Shown piece after piece: positions 41,498 through 50,986 of a stretch of 64,000 nucleotides of DNA. Made by a program: the position numbers and the translations under genes. The notes under the pieces are model-generated. The model saw only the letters and a program-made list of their open reading frames with translations. It did no database searches and had not been told where the DNA came from. This stretch comes from Vulcanimicrobiota bacterium (GTDB lineage Bacteria > Vulcanimicrobiota > Vulcanimicrobiia > Vulcanimicrobiales > Vulcanimicrobiaceae), in contig PLRU01000034.1 of the NCBI GenBank assembly GCA_003164045.1, positions 177,406 through 241,405 of the forward strand, read 5' to 3'. How positions within the stretch are numbered: position 1 is the stretch's first letter; the number at the start of each line of letters is the position of its first letter.

Positions 41498-44400
41498 TTA
41501 CGGACGCGGCGGGAGGCCGCCTCTGTCGATCCCGTGCGCGGCGGATTGACCCGCCGTCGTATGCTGCCCGGCCGGCACCGGACGGTCCGCGTCTTCCGTC
41601 GCCGCGACGTACGCCGCACGCCGGCCCGGGCGGATCGTGCACGTGATCGTCTTCGCTTCGTGAATCGAGACGTTCGGGTCCATCGCCAGCGGAACGAGAT
41701 CTCCCACGACGTCGCCGCTCGTGTAGCCGAGCGTACCGTAATTGTACGGAATGCCGATTTGATGGATATACTGGCCGCGGCCCAAGCGCAGCGGCCGCAT
41801 GCGCCCGCTGACGAGTGCCCGCGCTTCGATCTCGCCTACGCGCGTACTGATCGTTGCCCAGCCGCCGTTCTTGATGCCCTTGAGGACCGCGAGTTCCGGA
41901 TCGATTTCGACGAACAGGGCCGGCTGCAGCTCCGCCAGCCACGGCACGTAGCGCGTCATGATGCCCGAGTGTTCGGTGAGCCGGTACGTGGTAAGCACGT
42001 AGGGGAAATCCGCATTCAGCGTGCCGTTATAGCGGTTGTCGTCGCGATCCCATTCGCGCAAGGCCGGATTATTTTGCTGTCCGTAGAGATGGTTTTGCAC
42101 GACGGAATCGAGCGGCTCGTAGTGCGCCGGGAGCGGTCCGTCCTTGAGCGTTCCGGCGGCAAAGAGCTGCATGCGGCCATCGGGCTGCATGATGAACGGA
42201 TCGCTGCCGGCGTGCGCGTCGATGCCGACCGCACCCGGTTTGGCCGGCGTGGTGGGCGCTTTGACGGCGGGGAAATCCGGGATATCGGGGCCGGCCCATT
42301 TCTTGGCCTCCTCGTCCCAGTACATGTACTTCTTCCGCTCGCTCCACGGCTTACCGGCGGCATCGGCCGAGGCGCGGTTGTAGAGCATGCGGCGATTCGC
42401 GGGCCACGCAAAGCCCCAGTCCAGCGACGTCCAGTTGTCTTTCTTGCGATTGCGGGCGCGATTCGTCGTCTTGTCGGGAAAGACGCCGGTGTAAATCCAC
42501 GCGCCGGCGGCGGTGGAACCGTCGTCTTTGAGATTGACGAACGCATCGACTTGTTCGCAGGCATAGCCGGGCTTGCCGGGCTCGACTTTGTAGCCGTTGA
42601 TTTCTTGCAGCACTTTAACGGCCGAGGGTTCGCCCTTCCGGCGCTCGTGTTCGTCTTCGTGCGGATACTCCCAGGTGAGATCGAGGATCGGACGATCCTT
42701 CGGATCGGTCGAATTCGCATAGAGCGTTTTCAAGCGGATGCCGAGCTGATAGATCAGATACAGATCCGACTTGCTCGCGCCCGCCGGTTCGACCGCCTTG
42801 TCGTGGAATTGCAGCATGCGGTTGGTGTTGACCATCGTGCCGTCTTTTTCGAGCACGGTTGCGGCGGGCATGAAGAACGTCTCGGTTCCGATCTTCGCCG
42901 GATCCGCACCTTCGCGCCGCCAGAACGACGCCGTCTCGGTTTCGTACGAATCGACGACGACCATCCACTCCAAACGTTCGAGCGCGGCGCGCGCCAGCTC
43001 GGCGTTCAAGCCCGACGACGCCGGGTTCATGCCGATGACGAAGTAGCCTTTGACGTTGCCGTCCTTCATCGAGATCTGGGTCGGCAGCACGGAATAGTCG
43101 CCCGAGATCTGCGGCAAATATTCGAAACAGAAATCGTTCTCCGGCGTTGCGGCATCGCCGTAGTACGCTTTCAAGAGCGACGTGATGTACTTGGGCGCGT
43201 TCGACCACCAGCCCGGCTTGGTCGCGTTCTTCAGATACTGCGCGAACGTCTGTTCTTCGCGCAGCGTCGAGGGCATCGGCAAGTAACCGGGCAGCAAATC
43301 GTAGAGCGTGGGAATATCGGTCGCGCCTTGAATGTTGGCATGCCCGCGCAAGGCCATGATGCCGCCGCCCGGACGGCCCATGTTGCCGAGCAGCGACTGC
43401 AGGATGCCGGCCGTGCGAATGTACTGGACGCCCACCGTGTGCTGCGTCCAGCCGACCGCGTAGGCAAACGCCGTCGTCCGTTCGCGGCCGCTGTTGTCGG
43501 CGAGAAGATTGGCGATCTGTTCGAACGTCTCGGCCGGAGTGCCGCACACGTCTTCGACCATTTGCGCGGTGTAGCGCGAAAAATGCCGGCGCATCACGTT
43601 GAGCACGCAGCGCGGATGCGCCAGCGTTTCATCGCGTTTGGGAATCTTGACCGTGCCCTCGCCGTCGAAGCGCGGCACCTCTTCCATCTCGAAGGTCCAG
43701 GTCGATGTATCGTAGCTGCCGGGCGGAATCTTTGACTTGCCGGGCGACGCGGCGCTGCCTTCGTGCGCCTCGGCGCTGCCGTCGTTTTCGCCGGCACCCG
43801 CTTCTTTGTCGACCCAGCCGGAGAAGAGCCCGTCGAGGTCTTCGGTATCGGCGAACTTCTCATCGACGAGATACGTCGCGTTGGTGAACGAGACGACGTA
43901 TTCTTTGAAGTAGCGTTCGTTCGTCAGCACCCAATTGATCAGCGCGCCGAGGAAGACGATGTCGGTGCCGCTGCGGATCGGCGCGTAGAGATCGGCCACG
44001 GCCGAGGTGCGGGTGAAGCGCGGATCGACGTGGATGATCTTCGCGCCGCGTTCCTTGGCTTCCATGACGAAGCGGAACGCCACCGGATGACATTCGGCAA
44101 AATTCGAACCTTCGATCAAAATGCAATCGGCATTGACCAGATCCTGAACGAACGTTGTCGCGCCGCCGCGACCGAACGAGGCACCCAGACCGGGCACCGT
44201 CGAGCTATGTCAAATTCGAGCTTGGTTCTCGATCGCTACGATGCCCGAAGACTTGAAGAGCTTCTGCAAGAGGTAGTTCTCTTCGAGTCCGAACGTCGCG
44301 CCGCCGAGCGAGGCGATGCCGAGCGTGTGGTTCCGGCGTTTGCCGTCGGGCCCGATACCGACGAACGTCGCGTCGCGCGCGGCCTTGAACTTTTCGGCGA

Positions 44401-44791
44401 TCCGGTCGAGCGCCCAATCCATCGTGACGTCGATCCACTCGCTGCTGTACGGCGCGCGGTACTTCGGCGTGGTCCAACGCTGATCGTTGACCGTCAGGCC
44501 GAATATCGCCGAGCCTTTGGGGCAGAGATGCCCCTCATTCACGGGACTGTCGGGGTTGCCCTCAACATCGAGCAGCTTGCCCTCATCGCTGACGTACGCC
44601 AGCGTGCTGCAGCCGACCGCGCAGTACGGGCACAAACTCACCACCGGTTTCGCCCCGCGCACGCGGCCGGCGAGTTCGCGGCTGCGCTTCGATTCGACGT
44701 TCGGCAGGTTGCCGACGCGCTCGCCGATGCGCATTCCGGAGATGGCGCGCGAGATAATCGTCGTGAGGTCGAGGGTGGGCTTTATGGCCAT
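41498..44791 (-). CDS. fdnG: selenocysteine-containing formate dehydrogenase catalytic (alpha) subunit, FdnG/FdoG-type; in-frame TGA at 44212..44210
   Basis: ORFs 44210..44908 and 41498..44197 share one frame and are separated only by a TGA: ..IENQARI-U-HSSTVPGLGASFGRGGATT. E. coli FdnG reads ..NQARVUHGPTV.. at the Sec site. The N-terminal Fe-S motif is SLCPYCAVGC..GHLCPKG. The start is MAIKPTLDL (ATG 44791). Confidence 0.9.
44177..44212 (-). promoter_or_regulatory. UGA(Sec) codon plus SECIS-like hairpin
   Basis: The RNA reads UGA CAU AGC UCG ACG GUG CCC GGU CUG GGU GCC UCG. The stem is GGUGCCC/GGGUGCC (7 bp, 2 G-U) and the loop is GGUCU at +22..+26 from the U of UGA. As I recall the E. coli fdhF SECIS, its GGUCU loop has the same position and sequence. 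GGU is a rare codon here, which suggests an RNA-level constraint. Confidence 0.65.
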
Positions 44792-44937
44792 GTGCTGCTC
44801 CCGGAAAATACGTTCACCGGCGCTTGTACGAGGCAAAAGGAGGTCCCTGCACGAGAAAAACCGTAGACCGGCCGTTCGCCGTCGTCCATTATGAACGCTG
44901 GCAAACAACTAACGCTTACCTTCTGTGGAGTGCACTC

Positions 44938-46173
44938 ATGCCGACCGAACCGTCGGTTCACTCGCAGTCGACTTCACGGCCTAACGGCCGTGAGAGCGAC
45001 GTAGCTTCTCCCTACAAGGGATTCGCTACTCGAGCGATCCGAATCGGACAAGATCCGGATAGCGCGACCGGGTCAACCGTTGTCCCCATCTACCAAACCG
45101 CGACGTTCACGCAACAAGCCGTGGGCGTACACAAAGGCTTCGACTACGCGCGCTCGGGCAATCCGACCCGGCTCGCGCTCGAACGTCAGCTCGCCGATCT
45201 CGAGAGTGCCCGCTACGGCATCTCGTTCGGTTCCGGTATGGCGGCCGCTCATGCGGTCACCTCGCTGCTCTCGCAAGGCGATCACATCGTCGCCACGCGC
45301 GACATCTATGGCGGCGTTCACCGGCTCCTGACCGTGATTATGCCGCGCTACGGCGTCACGACGACGTTCGTCGATATGAACGATCTCGATGCCGTGCGCG
45401 CAGCAGTGACGCCGGCCACGAAACTGTTCTGGGTCGAGACGCCGACCAACCCGCTCTTGACCGTGATCGACATCGCGGCGATCGTGGGCCTGCGCAAACC
45501 GGGGCAATTCGTCGCCGTCGACAACACGTTCTGCTCGCCGTATTTGCAGCGGCCGATCGAACTCGGCGCCGACATCACCTGGCACTCGACGACCAAGTAC
45601 ATCAACGGCCACAGCGACGTGGTCGGCGGCATCGTCATCACCGACAACGCCGACATCCACGCGCAAATGGCGTTCCATCAGAACGCCGTCGGTGCGATAC
45701 CGGGGCCGCAGGATGCCTACTTGACGCTGCGCGGTGCGAAGACGCTCGCGCTGCGCATGCGGGAGCACGTGCGGAACGCGCAAGCGGTGGCCGAGTGGCT
45801 CGACGGCCGCGACGACGTCTCCGACGTGTTCTATCCGGGACTCAAAGCCCACCCGCAGTACGATCTGGCCCAGCGTCAGATGCATGGTGCCGGCGGCGTG
45901 CTATCGTTTCGCGCGCGCGGCGGTGCCGATCGCGCCTTGGCGATCGCCCGCAGCACGAAGATCTTCAATCTCGCGGCGTCGCTCGGCGGCGTGGAATCGT
46001 TGATCTGCATCCCGACGATCATGACGCACGGCTCGATTCCGGTCGAAGAAAAGATCGCGCTCGGCGTGACCGACGATCTGCTCCGCCTCTCGGTCGGCAT
46101 CGAAGACGCCGACGACATCATCGCCGACCTCGAGCAAGCGCTCGCGCGCAGTCAGGTCTTCTCTGTAGCTTAG
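44938..46173 (+). CDS. cystathionine gamma-lyase/gamma-synthase family PLP enzyme
   Basis: ..GSTVVPIYQTATF.., ..YARSGNPTR.., and the PLP-Lys motif HSTTKYINGHSDVVGG. Start MPTEPSV (ATG 44938). Confidence 0.9.
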   Translation: MPTEPSVHSQSTSRPNGRESDVASPYKGFATRAIRIGQDPDSATGSTVVPIYQTATFTQQAVGVHKGFDYARSGNPTRLALERQLADLESARYGISFGSGMAAAHAVTSLLSQGDHIVATRDIYGGVHRLLTVIMPRYGVTTTFVDMNDLDAVRAAVTPATKLFWVETPTNPLLTVIDIAAIVGLRKPGQFVAVDNTFCSPYLQRPIELGADITWHSTTKYINGHSDVVGGIVITDNADIHAQMAFHQNAVGAIPGPQDAYLTLRGAKTLALRMREHVRNAQAVAEWLDGRDDVSDVFYPGLKAHPQYDLAQRQMHGAGGVLSFRARGGADRALAIARSTKIFNLAASLGGVESLICIPTIMTHGSIPVEEKIALGVTDDLLRLSVGIEDADDIIADLEQALARSQVFSVA

Positions 46174-46224
46174 GCGGCGGCTTGGCCGAAGGCCAAACGC
46201 AACGGATTGCGCTTTAGCGCAATC

Positions 46225-46587
46225 CTAGTGTCTATCCGTCTGACGGCGCCGCAGCTTCGCTTGGAGCGCGGCGTGCGTCGGACACTGCAACAGTTGCAGG
46301 CGTGCGGTCGAGGCCTTCGGATCGACGGCCACGCAGCCGCAGCTAAAGACGGCACTCCGGCGCTCGCCCGTGCCGCCGAGTGAGAACGTCTTGATGATCG
46401 AACCTTCTTGCGCTCCCGCAATCGTTTCCAAAACGGAATGCGCGTCGCCACGGCGGCGATTGTGCCGGCGGCGCTCGCCCTCACGCGGATCTTCGTCCGC
46501 TACGAGGACGAGTCCGAGCGCGGCTCCGACGGCCAGGTCTGGTTCATTGCGGCGTTCTTCCGCGCGACGATTCATGAGATGCTCCAC
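46225..46587 (-). CDS. hypothetical protein
   Basis: The codons are coding-like. The C-terminal part reads ..SIIKTFSLGGTGERRSAVFSCGCVAVDPKASTARLQLLQCPTHAALQ (three Cys). No family recognised. Confidence 0.3.
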   Translation of the reverse strand: MEHLMNRRAEERRNEPDLAVGAALGLVLVADEDPREGERRRHNRRRGDAHSVLETIAGAQEGSIIKTFSLGGTGERRSAVFSCGCVAVDPKASTARLQLLQCPTHAALQAKLRRRQTDRH

Positions 46588-46655
46588 GATGATACCGACC
46601 CGTTGGGGGCGTCCTACTCATGAACCTCCGGCACTTACACGCTCTTAGCGAAGCC

Positions 46656-49355
46656 TTAACCGGTAACGCGCAAACCGGCCGCAACGCCGTTGATGGATAG
46701 CCGGATAGCGTTTGCAAGCGGCACGTCGTTCTTGCCGGCGGCGCGGTAGGCGCGCAGCAGGCGCACCTGCATCAGCGAGAGCGGATCGACGTAAGGATTA
46801 CGCAAAGCGATGCTGCGTTCGAGCGTCGGATCGGCCTCGAGCAGTCGTTCGTGACCGAGGATCTCGAGCAGCATCGCCGTCGATGCCGCGTGCTCGTCGC
46901 GTATGAGCGCGGTGAAGCGTTCGCGGCTCGCGACATCATCGACGAGTTCGCGCGCGTAGCGCTCGAAGATCTCGAGGTCCGCGATCGCCAACGCCCGTTC
47001 GACGTTGCGCAACAGCGTGCCGAAAAACGGAAAATTGCGGCCCATCGTACGCAACAGCTCGCGCGCCCCGGGCTCGGCCGCAACGGCGCTGCCGAAGCCG
47101 TACCAGCCCGGCAGCATGGCGCGCGTCTGCGCCCAGCCGAACGACCACGGAATCGCGCGCAGGTCGTCGATCGAGCGCCGCTCGCCGCGGCGGCCGGGGC
47201 GCGAACTGATCTGCATCTCACCGATCTCGTCGACCGGCGTACACTGCGCGAAGAAGTCCAGAAAGCCCGGCGCATCGATCAGATCGACATAGGCGTCCTG
47301 CGCGCGCTTCGCCATCCGGTCGAGCAGCGTAAACCACTCCGGCGGAAAATCGGCGGGCCCGTCGAGTCCGCCGAGCACCGATGTAACCGCTAGCTCCAGA
47401 TTGCGTCGCGCGAGCGAGGGGAGGCCGTAGCGGGCGCTGATGACCTCGCCTTGTTCGGTAACCTTGAAGCGCCCGTTTCGCACCTGCGGCGGTTGCGCGG
47501 CGATCGCTTCGCGCGCGTCGGCCGCACCGCGTCCGGACGAACCGCCGCGGCCGTGAAAATACCGCAGCGTCGTGCCGTGGCGCGCGGCAACCTCGCAGAT
47601 CGCAAGTTGCGCGCGGTAGATCGACCACGAACTCTGGACGATGCCCGCCACCTTCGCGCTATCGGAGTAGCCGAGCATCACTTCCCATACGTCGCCGCAC
47701 GCGCGCACGTGCGCGCGGAACGCCGGGCTCGCGAGCAACGCCTCGGCGATCGCCGGGCCGGCTGCGATGGAGGTCGCGCTCTCGAGCAGCGGTACGATCT
47801 GCAGCGGGCCCGCGTCGAGCGCGCCGCACGCGCGCGCCAGCACGAGCAGTGCGAGCATTTCGAACGGCTCCTCGGCGTTGGCGAGGATCAGCGATGCGAC
47901 GGTCTGCGGGCCGCGGCGCGCGCGTAGCTTGGCCACAGCTTCGAGCGACACGATGATGTCGGTGCTCGCCGCCGAGAACGCATACGCGCGCGGGAGCAGC
48001 GGTCGCACGGTCGTCAGTTCGCGCTCGATCCACGCCGCGCGCTCCTCCGGCGCACGTTTGGAGAGCGGGGCGAGGCCGGGTTCGACGACGCCGACGATCT
48101 CGTCGAGCGCCGCCACGACTTTGCCGCTCTGCTGGCGCCATTCCAGCTCGCACAAATGGAAACCGAACATCGCGACCGCGCGCCGCAACCGCCGCAGCGG
48201 CCGCACGACGTCGGGCCCGCTGCCGGCGTTTACGCTCGCTTCGATCAGTGCAAGGTCGCGATCGAGCGCCGCGGCGTCGGGATAACCGTCGGGCGCGTCG
48301 TCACGGGCGAGGGTCAAGCGGCGATGGATGAAGGCGAGCTTGCGCCGGTAGGGTTCGGCTTCTTGGCGCGGACCGATCGTGTAGCGCACGTCGATCAGCT
48401 CGTCCTGATCGCGTTCGACGGAGGCGACCAGTTCCGGCGCGACCGCCGCGCGCCCCACATCTTGCGAGAAGCGCGCCTGCAGTTCTTCAACCGCCCGGAT
48501 CGTGCGCTCGAAGACGAAGGCGCGCGCGCGTTCGTGCGCCCCGAGCAGCGCGTCGGGCGCGACGTTTGCGTTCCCGTCGCGATCGGAACCGATCCAGCTA
48601 CCGAAGGTGAGAAACGTCGGAACGTCAACGCCCAGCTGTGTTTCCAGCCGTTCGAAGAGCAGCGCCGCCTCATCGTAGATCGCCTCGCGGAAGCGCGCCA
48701 GGAGATTGCGCACTTCGTCGGCCACCGTGGGTGCGGTGCCGTACAGCTCGCTGCTCTGCCATAGCAGCACGATCTGCGCGCGGACTTCCGAATCGATCGC
48801 CACGGCTTCTTCGCGTGTGAGCACGCGCTCGTCGCTCTCGCGCAGTAGCGCGGCGATCGCGGCGAGCTTTTCGCTCGTCGTCCGGCGCCGCACTTCGGTC
48901 GGGTGCGCGGTGAACACCAGGCGAATCTCGAGCCGGTCGAGCAGTGCGGCAGCGGCGTCCGGCAACGTTTCGAGCGATCCGCGCAGCGGCTCGTCGCCCT
49001 CGATCGCACGTTCGCGGCGGCGCCGCTCGCGATGCAGTTCTTCGGCCAAATTGACCATCTGAAAGTACAAGCCGAACGCGCGGATCACGTCGACCGCATC
49101 GTCGAGGCTCAGCGCATCGAGGATCGCGTCGATTTCACGTTCGTCCGAGCTTTGCGGTTCGGCGCGGTGGCGGCGCGTCAGCGCGCGCAGCGCTTCGACA
49201 TACTCGAATGTGCGCGGACGCGCACAGGAGCGCAGCACGTCGCCGACGAGCCGTCCGAGAGCCGTAACGCGCGCCCGCAAGGACGCATTCGCATCGCGTT
49301 CGATAAGCATCGGTTCGGACGGTTCGGAGGGTCCTTCCGGCAGCCTTTGGCCCAA
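46656..49355 (-). CDS. ppc: phosphoenolpyruvate carboxylase
   Basis: ..LVFTAHPTEVRRRT.., ..GYSDSAKVAG.., and the C-terminal ..INGVAAGLRVTG are Ppc hallmarks. The start is TTG 49355 or, more likely, ATG 49310 (MLIERD). Confidence 0.95.
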   Translation of the reverse strand: MGQRLPEGPSEPSEPMLIERDANASLRARVTALGRLVGDVLRSCARPRTFEYVEALRALTRRHRAEPQSSDEREIDAILDALSLDDAVDVIRAFGLYFQMVNLAEELHRERRRRERAIEGDEPLRGSLETLPDAAAALLDRLEIRLVFTAHPTEVRRRTTSEKLAAIAALLRESDERVLTREEAVAIDSEVRAQIVLLWQSSELYGTAPTVADEVRNLLARFREAIYDEAALLFERLETQLGVDVPTFLTFGSWIGSDRDGNANVAPDALLGAHERARAFVFERTIRAVEELQARFSQDVGRAAVAPELVASVERDQDELIDVRYTIGPRQEAEPYRRKLAFIHRRLTLARDDAPDGYPDAAALDRDLALIEASVNAGSGPDVVRPLRRLRRAVAMFGFHLCELEWRQQSGKVVAALDEIVGVVEPGLAPLSKRAPEERAAWIERELTTVRPLLPRAYAFSAASTDIIVSLEAVAKLRARRGPQTVASLILANAEEPFEMLALLVLARACGALDAGPLQIVPLLESATSIAAGPAIAEALLASPAFRAHVRACGDVWEVMLGYSDSAKVAGIVQSSWSIYRAQLAICEVAARHGTTLRYFHGRGGSSGRGAADAREAIAAQPPQVRNGRFKVTEQGEVISARYGLPSLARRNLELAVTSVLGGLDGPADFPPEWFTLLDRMAKRAQDAYVDLIDAPGFLDFFAQCTPVDEIGEMQISSRPGRRGERRSIDDLRAIPWSFGWAQTRAMLPGWYGFGSAVAAEPGARELLRTMGRNFPFFGTLLRNVERALAIADLEIFERYARELVDDVASRERFTALIRDEHAASTAMLLEILGHERLLEADPTLERSIALRNPYVDPLSLMQVRLLRAYRAAGKNDVPLANAIRLSINGVAAGLRVTG

Positions 49356-49358
49356 ACG

Positions 49359-49928
49359 TTAGCCGCGTGCGATGCGAGCGGCAAGTTCGGCCTCGGTATC
49401 GATGTCATCGAAGCCGCGCGAATCTTCCACCGTGACGATCCGGCGCCGCAAACCGGCTGCGTCGCGGACGCGGTTCAAGCCGTCACCATCGCCGAGCGTC
49501 GCAATCGCGCGCCGCGCCGCCGGACCGAACACCACCGGGTGCCCGAATCGTTCGCCCGCTTGTGGAATCACCACATCGACGTCATCGCCATACGCGGCAA
49601 CGACGCGCGCGATCGTCGCGGCATCGCAGTCGGGCAGATCGCCCAACAGCACCGCGATCGGCTCGTTCGCCGGAATCACCGCGTCGGCCAGCGCCAAAGA
49701 TCGATTCATGCCGCGCTCGGGCTCACGATTATGCACGATGTGCACGCGGCCGGCCACGCCGAGCGCCGCAAGCTCCGCCGCCACCGCATCCGAGGCGACG
49801 ACGACCGTAGGCCAAGCCGCGGCCGCGTCGACCGCGCGCCCGATCAGCGAACGCCCGCCGACGTGCGCGAGCAACTTCTGCCGCCCCATGCGCCGCGACG
49901 CTCCGGCCGCGAGGACGACGATCGTCAG
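49359..49928 (-). CDS. MobA/MocA-like molybdenum-cofactor nucleotidyltransferase
   Basis: (L)TIVVLAAGASRRMGRQKLLAHVGG.. is the N-terminal NTP-transferase signature, followed by ..LLGDLPD.. There is no ATG/GTG/TTG in frame upstream of the signature. A CTG at 49928 overlaps the XdhC TGA (CTGA), and an ATC lies at 49922. Confidence 0.7.
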   Translation of the reverse strand: MTIVVLAAGASRRMGRQKLLAHVGGRSLIGRAVDAAAAWPTVVVASDAVAAELAALGVAGRVHIVHNREPERGMNRSLALADAVIPANEPIAVLLGDLPDCDAATIARVVAAYGDDVDVVIPQAGERFGHPVVFGPAARRAIATLGDGDGLNRVRDAAGLRRRIVTVEDSRGFDDIDTEAELAARIARG

Positions 49929-50902
49929 GCGGTCACCATCACGCGATTGCGGATCGGACCCGTGCCGTAGCGCAGCGAGCCGCCCGCGCCGCCATGGCGT
50001 TCTTTGACGATTTCGGCGACGACCGCGAGCGCGATCTCCTCGGGCGAACGCGCGCCGAGATCGAGACCGATCGGCGCGTGGATGCGCTCGAGATCGGCAT
50101 CGGTGAAGCCGCGTTCGCGCAGCGCCTCGGCGCGACGCGCCGTCGTGCCGCGGCTGCCCATCGCGCCGATGTAGCCCGCCGGGCTGCGCAACGCCGCCGA
50201 AATCCCGGGAACGTCGAACTTCGGGTCGTGCGCGAGCGAAACGATCGCATCGCGTTCGTTGACCGGCGCGGCCGCGAGGACTTCGTCCGGCCACGCAACG
50301 AGCACTTCCGCTCCCGGATAGCGGGACGGCACCGCAAACGGGGCCCGCGGGTCGATGATCGTCACCGCAAAGCCGAGCGCTTTGGCGTAGATAAGCAGTG
50401 GGCGCGCAACGTCGACGGCGCCGATCACGTACATGCGCGGCGGCGGACCGTAACGCAGCACAAACGTGCGTTCGTCGCAGCGGTTGATCGCGTCGTCATC
50501 GTGCAGTACGCGCATGGTGAAGGGCGGATCGATCGTCAGCGCCAGTGCAAACGGCTCGCCGCGCTCTTGCGCGGCGACGAATTCTTCAAAGGTGGCGCGA
50601 TCGAGTTCCCGCGTCACGACGTGCAGCGTGCCGCCGCAAGTCGGGCCGCCGTCGAGATCGTCGTCCGGCCCGAACGAGTTGCGGCGCGGCGCGGCGCCGT
50701 CGAAGATCCCGTCGGCGACATCGACCAGCGTCGACTCGACGCAGCCGCCGCTGATCGCGCCGGCCAAGTCGTGGTCGTTCGAAACGGCGAACATCGCGCC
50801 GGCATCTCGCGGTGAGGGGCCGTCCGTATCCACGAGCGTCGAGAGGACGACGCGCTTGCCGTCTGCGAACCAGCCCCGGACCCGCTCACTAACTTCGTTC
50901 AT
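49925..50902 (-). CDS. XdhC/CoxI-family molybdoenzyme maturation factor
   Basis: MNEVSERVRGWFADGKRVVLSTLVDTDGPSPRDAGAMFAV..GAISGGCVES.. is the XdhC N-domain. It is followed by the Rossmann-like ..MYVIGAVDVARPL... Confidence 0.85.
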   Translation of the reverse strand: MNEVSERVRGWFADGKRVVLSTLVDTDGPSPRDAGAMFAVSNDHDLAGAISGGCVESTLVDVADGIFDGAAPRRNSFGPDDDLDGGPTCGGTLHVVTRELDRATFEEFVAAQERGEPFALALTIDPPFTMRVLHDDDAINRCDERTFVLRYGPPPRMYVIGAVDVARPLLIYAKALGFAVTIIDPRAPFAVPSRYPGAEVLVAWPDEVLAAAPVNERDAIVSLAHDPKFDVPGISAALRSPAGYIGAMGSRGTTARRAEALRERGFTDADLERIHAPIGLDLGARSPEEIALAVVAEIVKERHGGAGGSLRYGTGPIRNRVMVTA

Positions 50903-50986
50903 AGCTATCCACTTCGAGTAGGCCGAGGCCCCCTCCGGTTGCGCCTGAATGGAGGAAACCGCGGCAAAAACCGGGGAACGTCTACG

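Noticed and set aside
40604-43735. Very long antisense ORFs. Examples are 1043 aa at 40604..43735(+), 410 aa at 5317..6549(+), 507 aa at 54329..55852(+), 579 aa at 60654..62393(+), 406 aa at 56821..58041(+) and 367 aa at 43763..44866(+).
   Set aside because: Each lies exactly opposite a gene with strong family motifs. Their products are Arg/Ala/Gly-rich low-complexity sequences with no recognisable domains. Such shadow ORFs are expected in GC-rich DNA because stop codons are rare on the antisense strand.
44792-44908. An upstream extension of fdnG containing GRRRTAGLRFF as a candidate twin-arginine signal.
   Set aside because: No hydrophobic h-region or AxA cleavage site follows the arginines, and the extension is compositionally non-coding. 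MAIKPTLDL (44791) is the better start.
44792-44937. A possible SAM or other riboswitch upstream of the cystathionine gamma-lyase/synthase gene, and likewise in the MetV operon leader (33251..33360).
   Set aside because: I could not find the conserved cores I remember for SAM-I/II/IV, cobalamin or THF riboswitches. Without a covariance-model scan the claim is unsupported.
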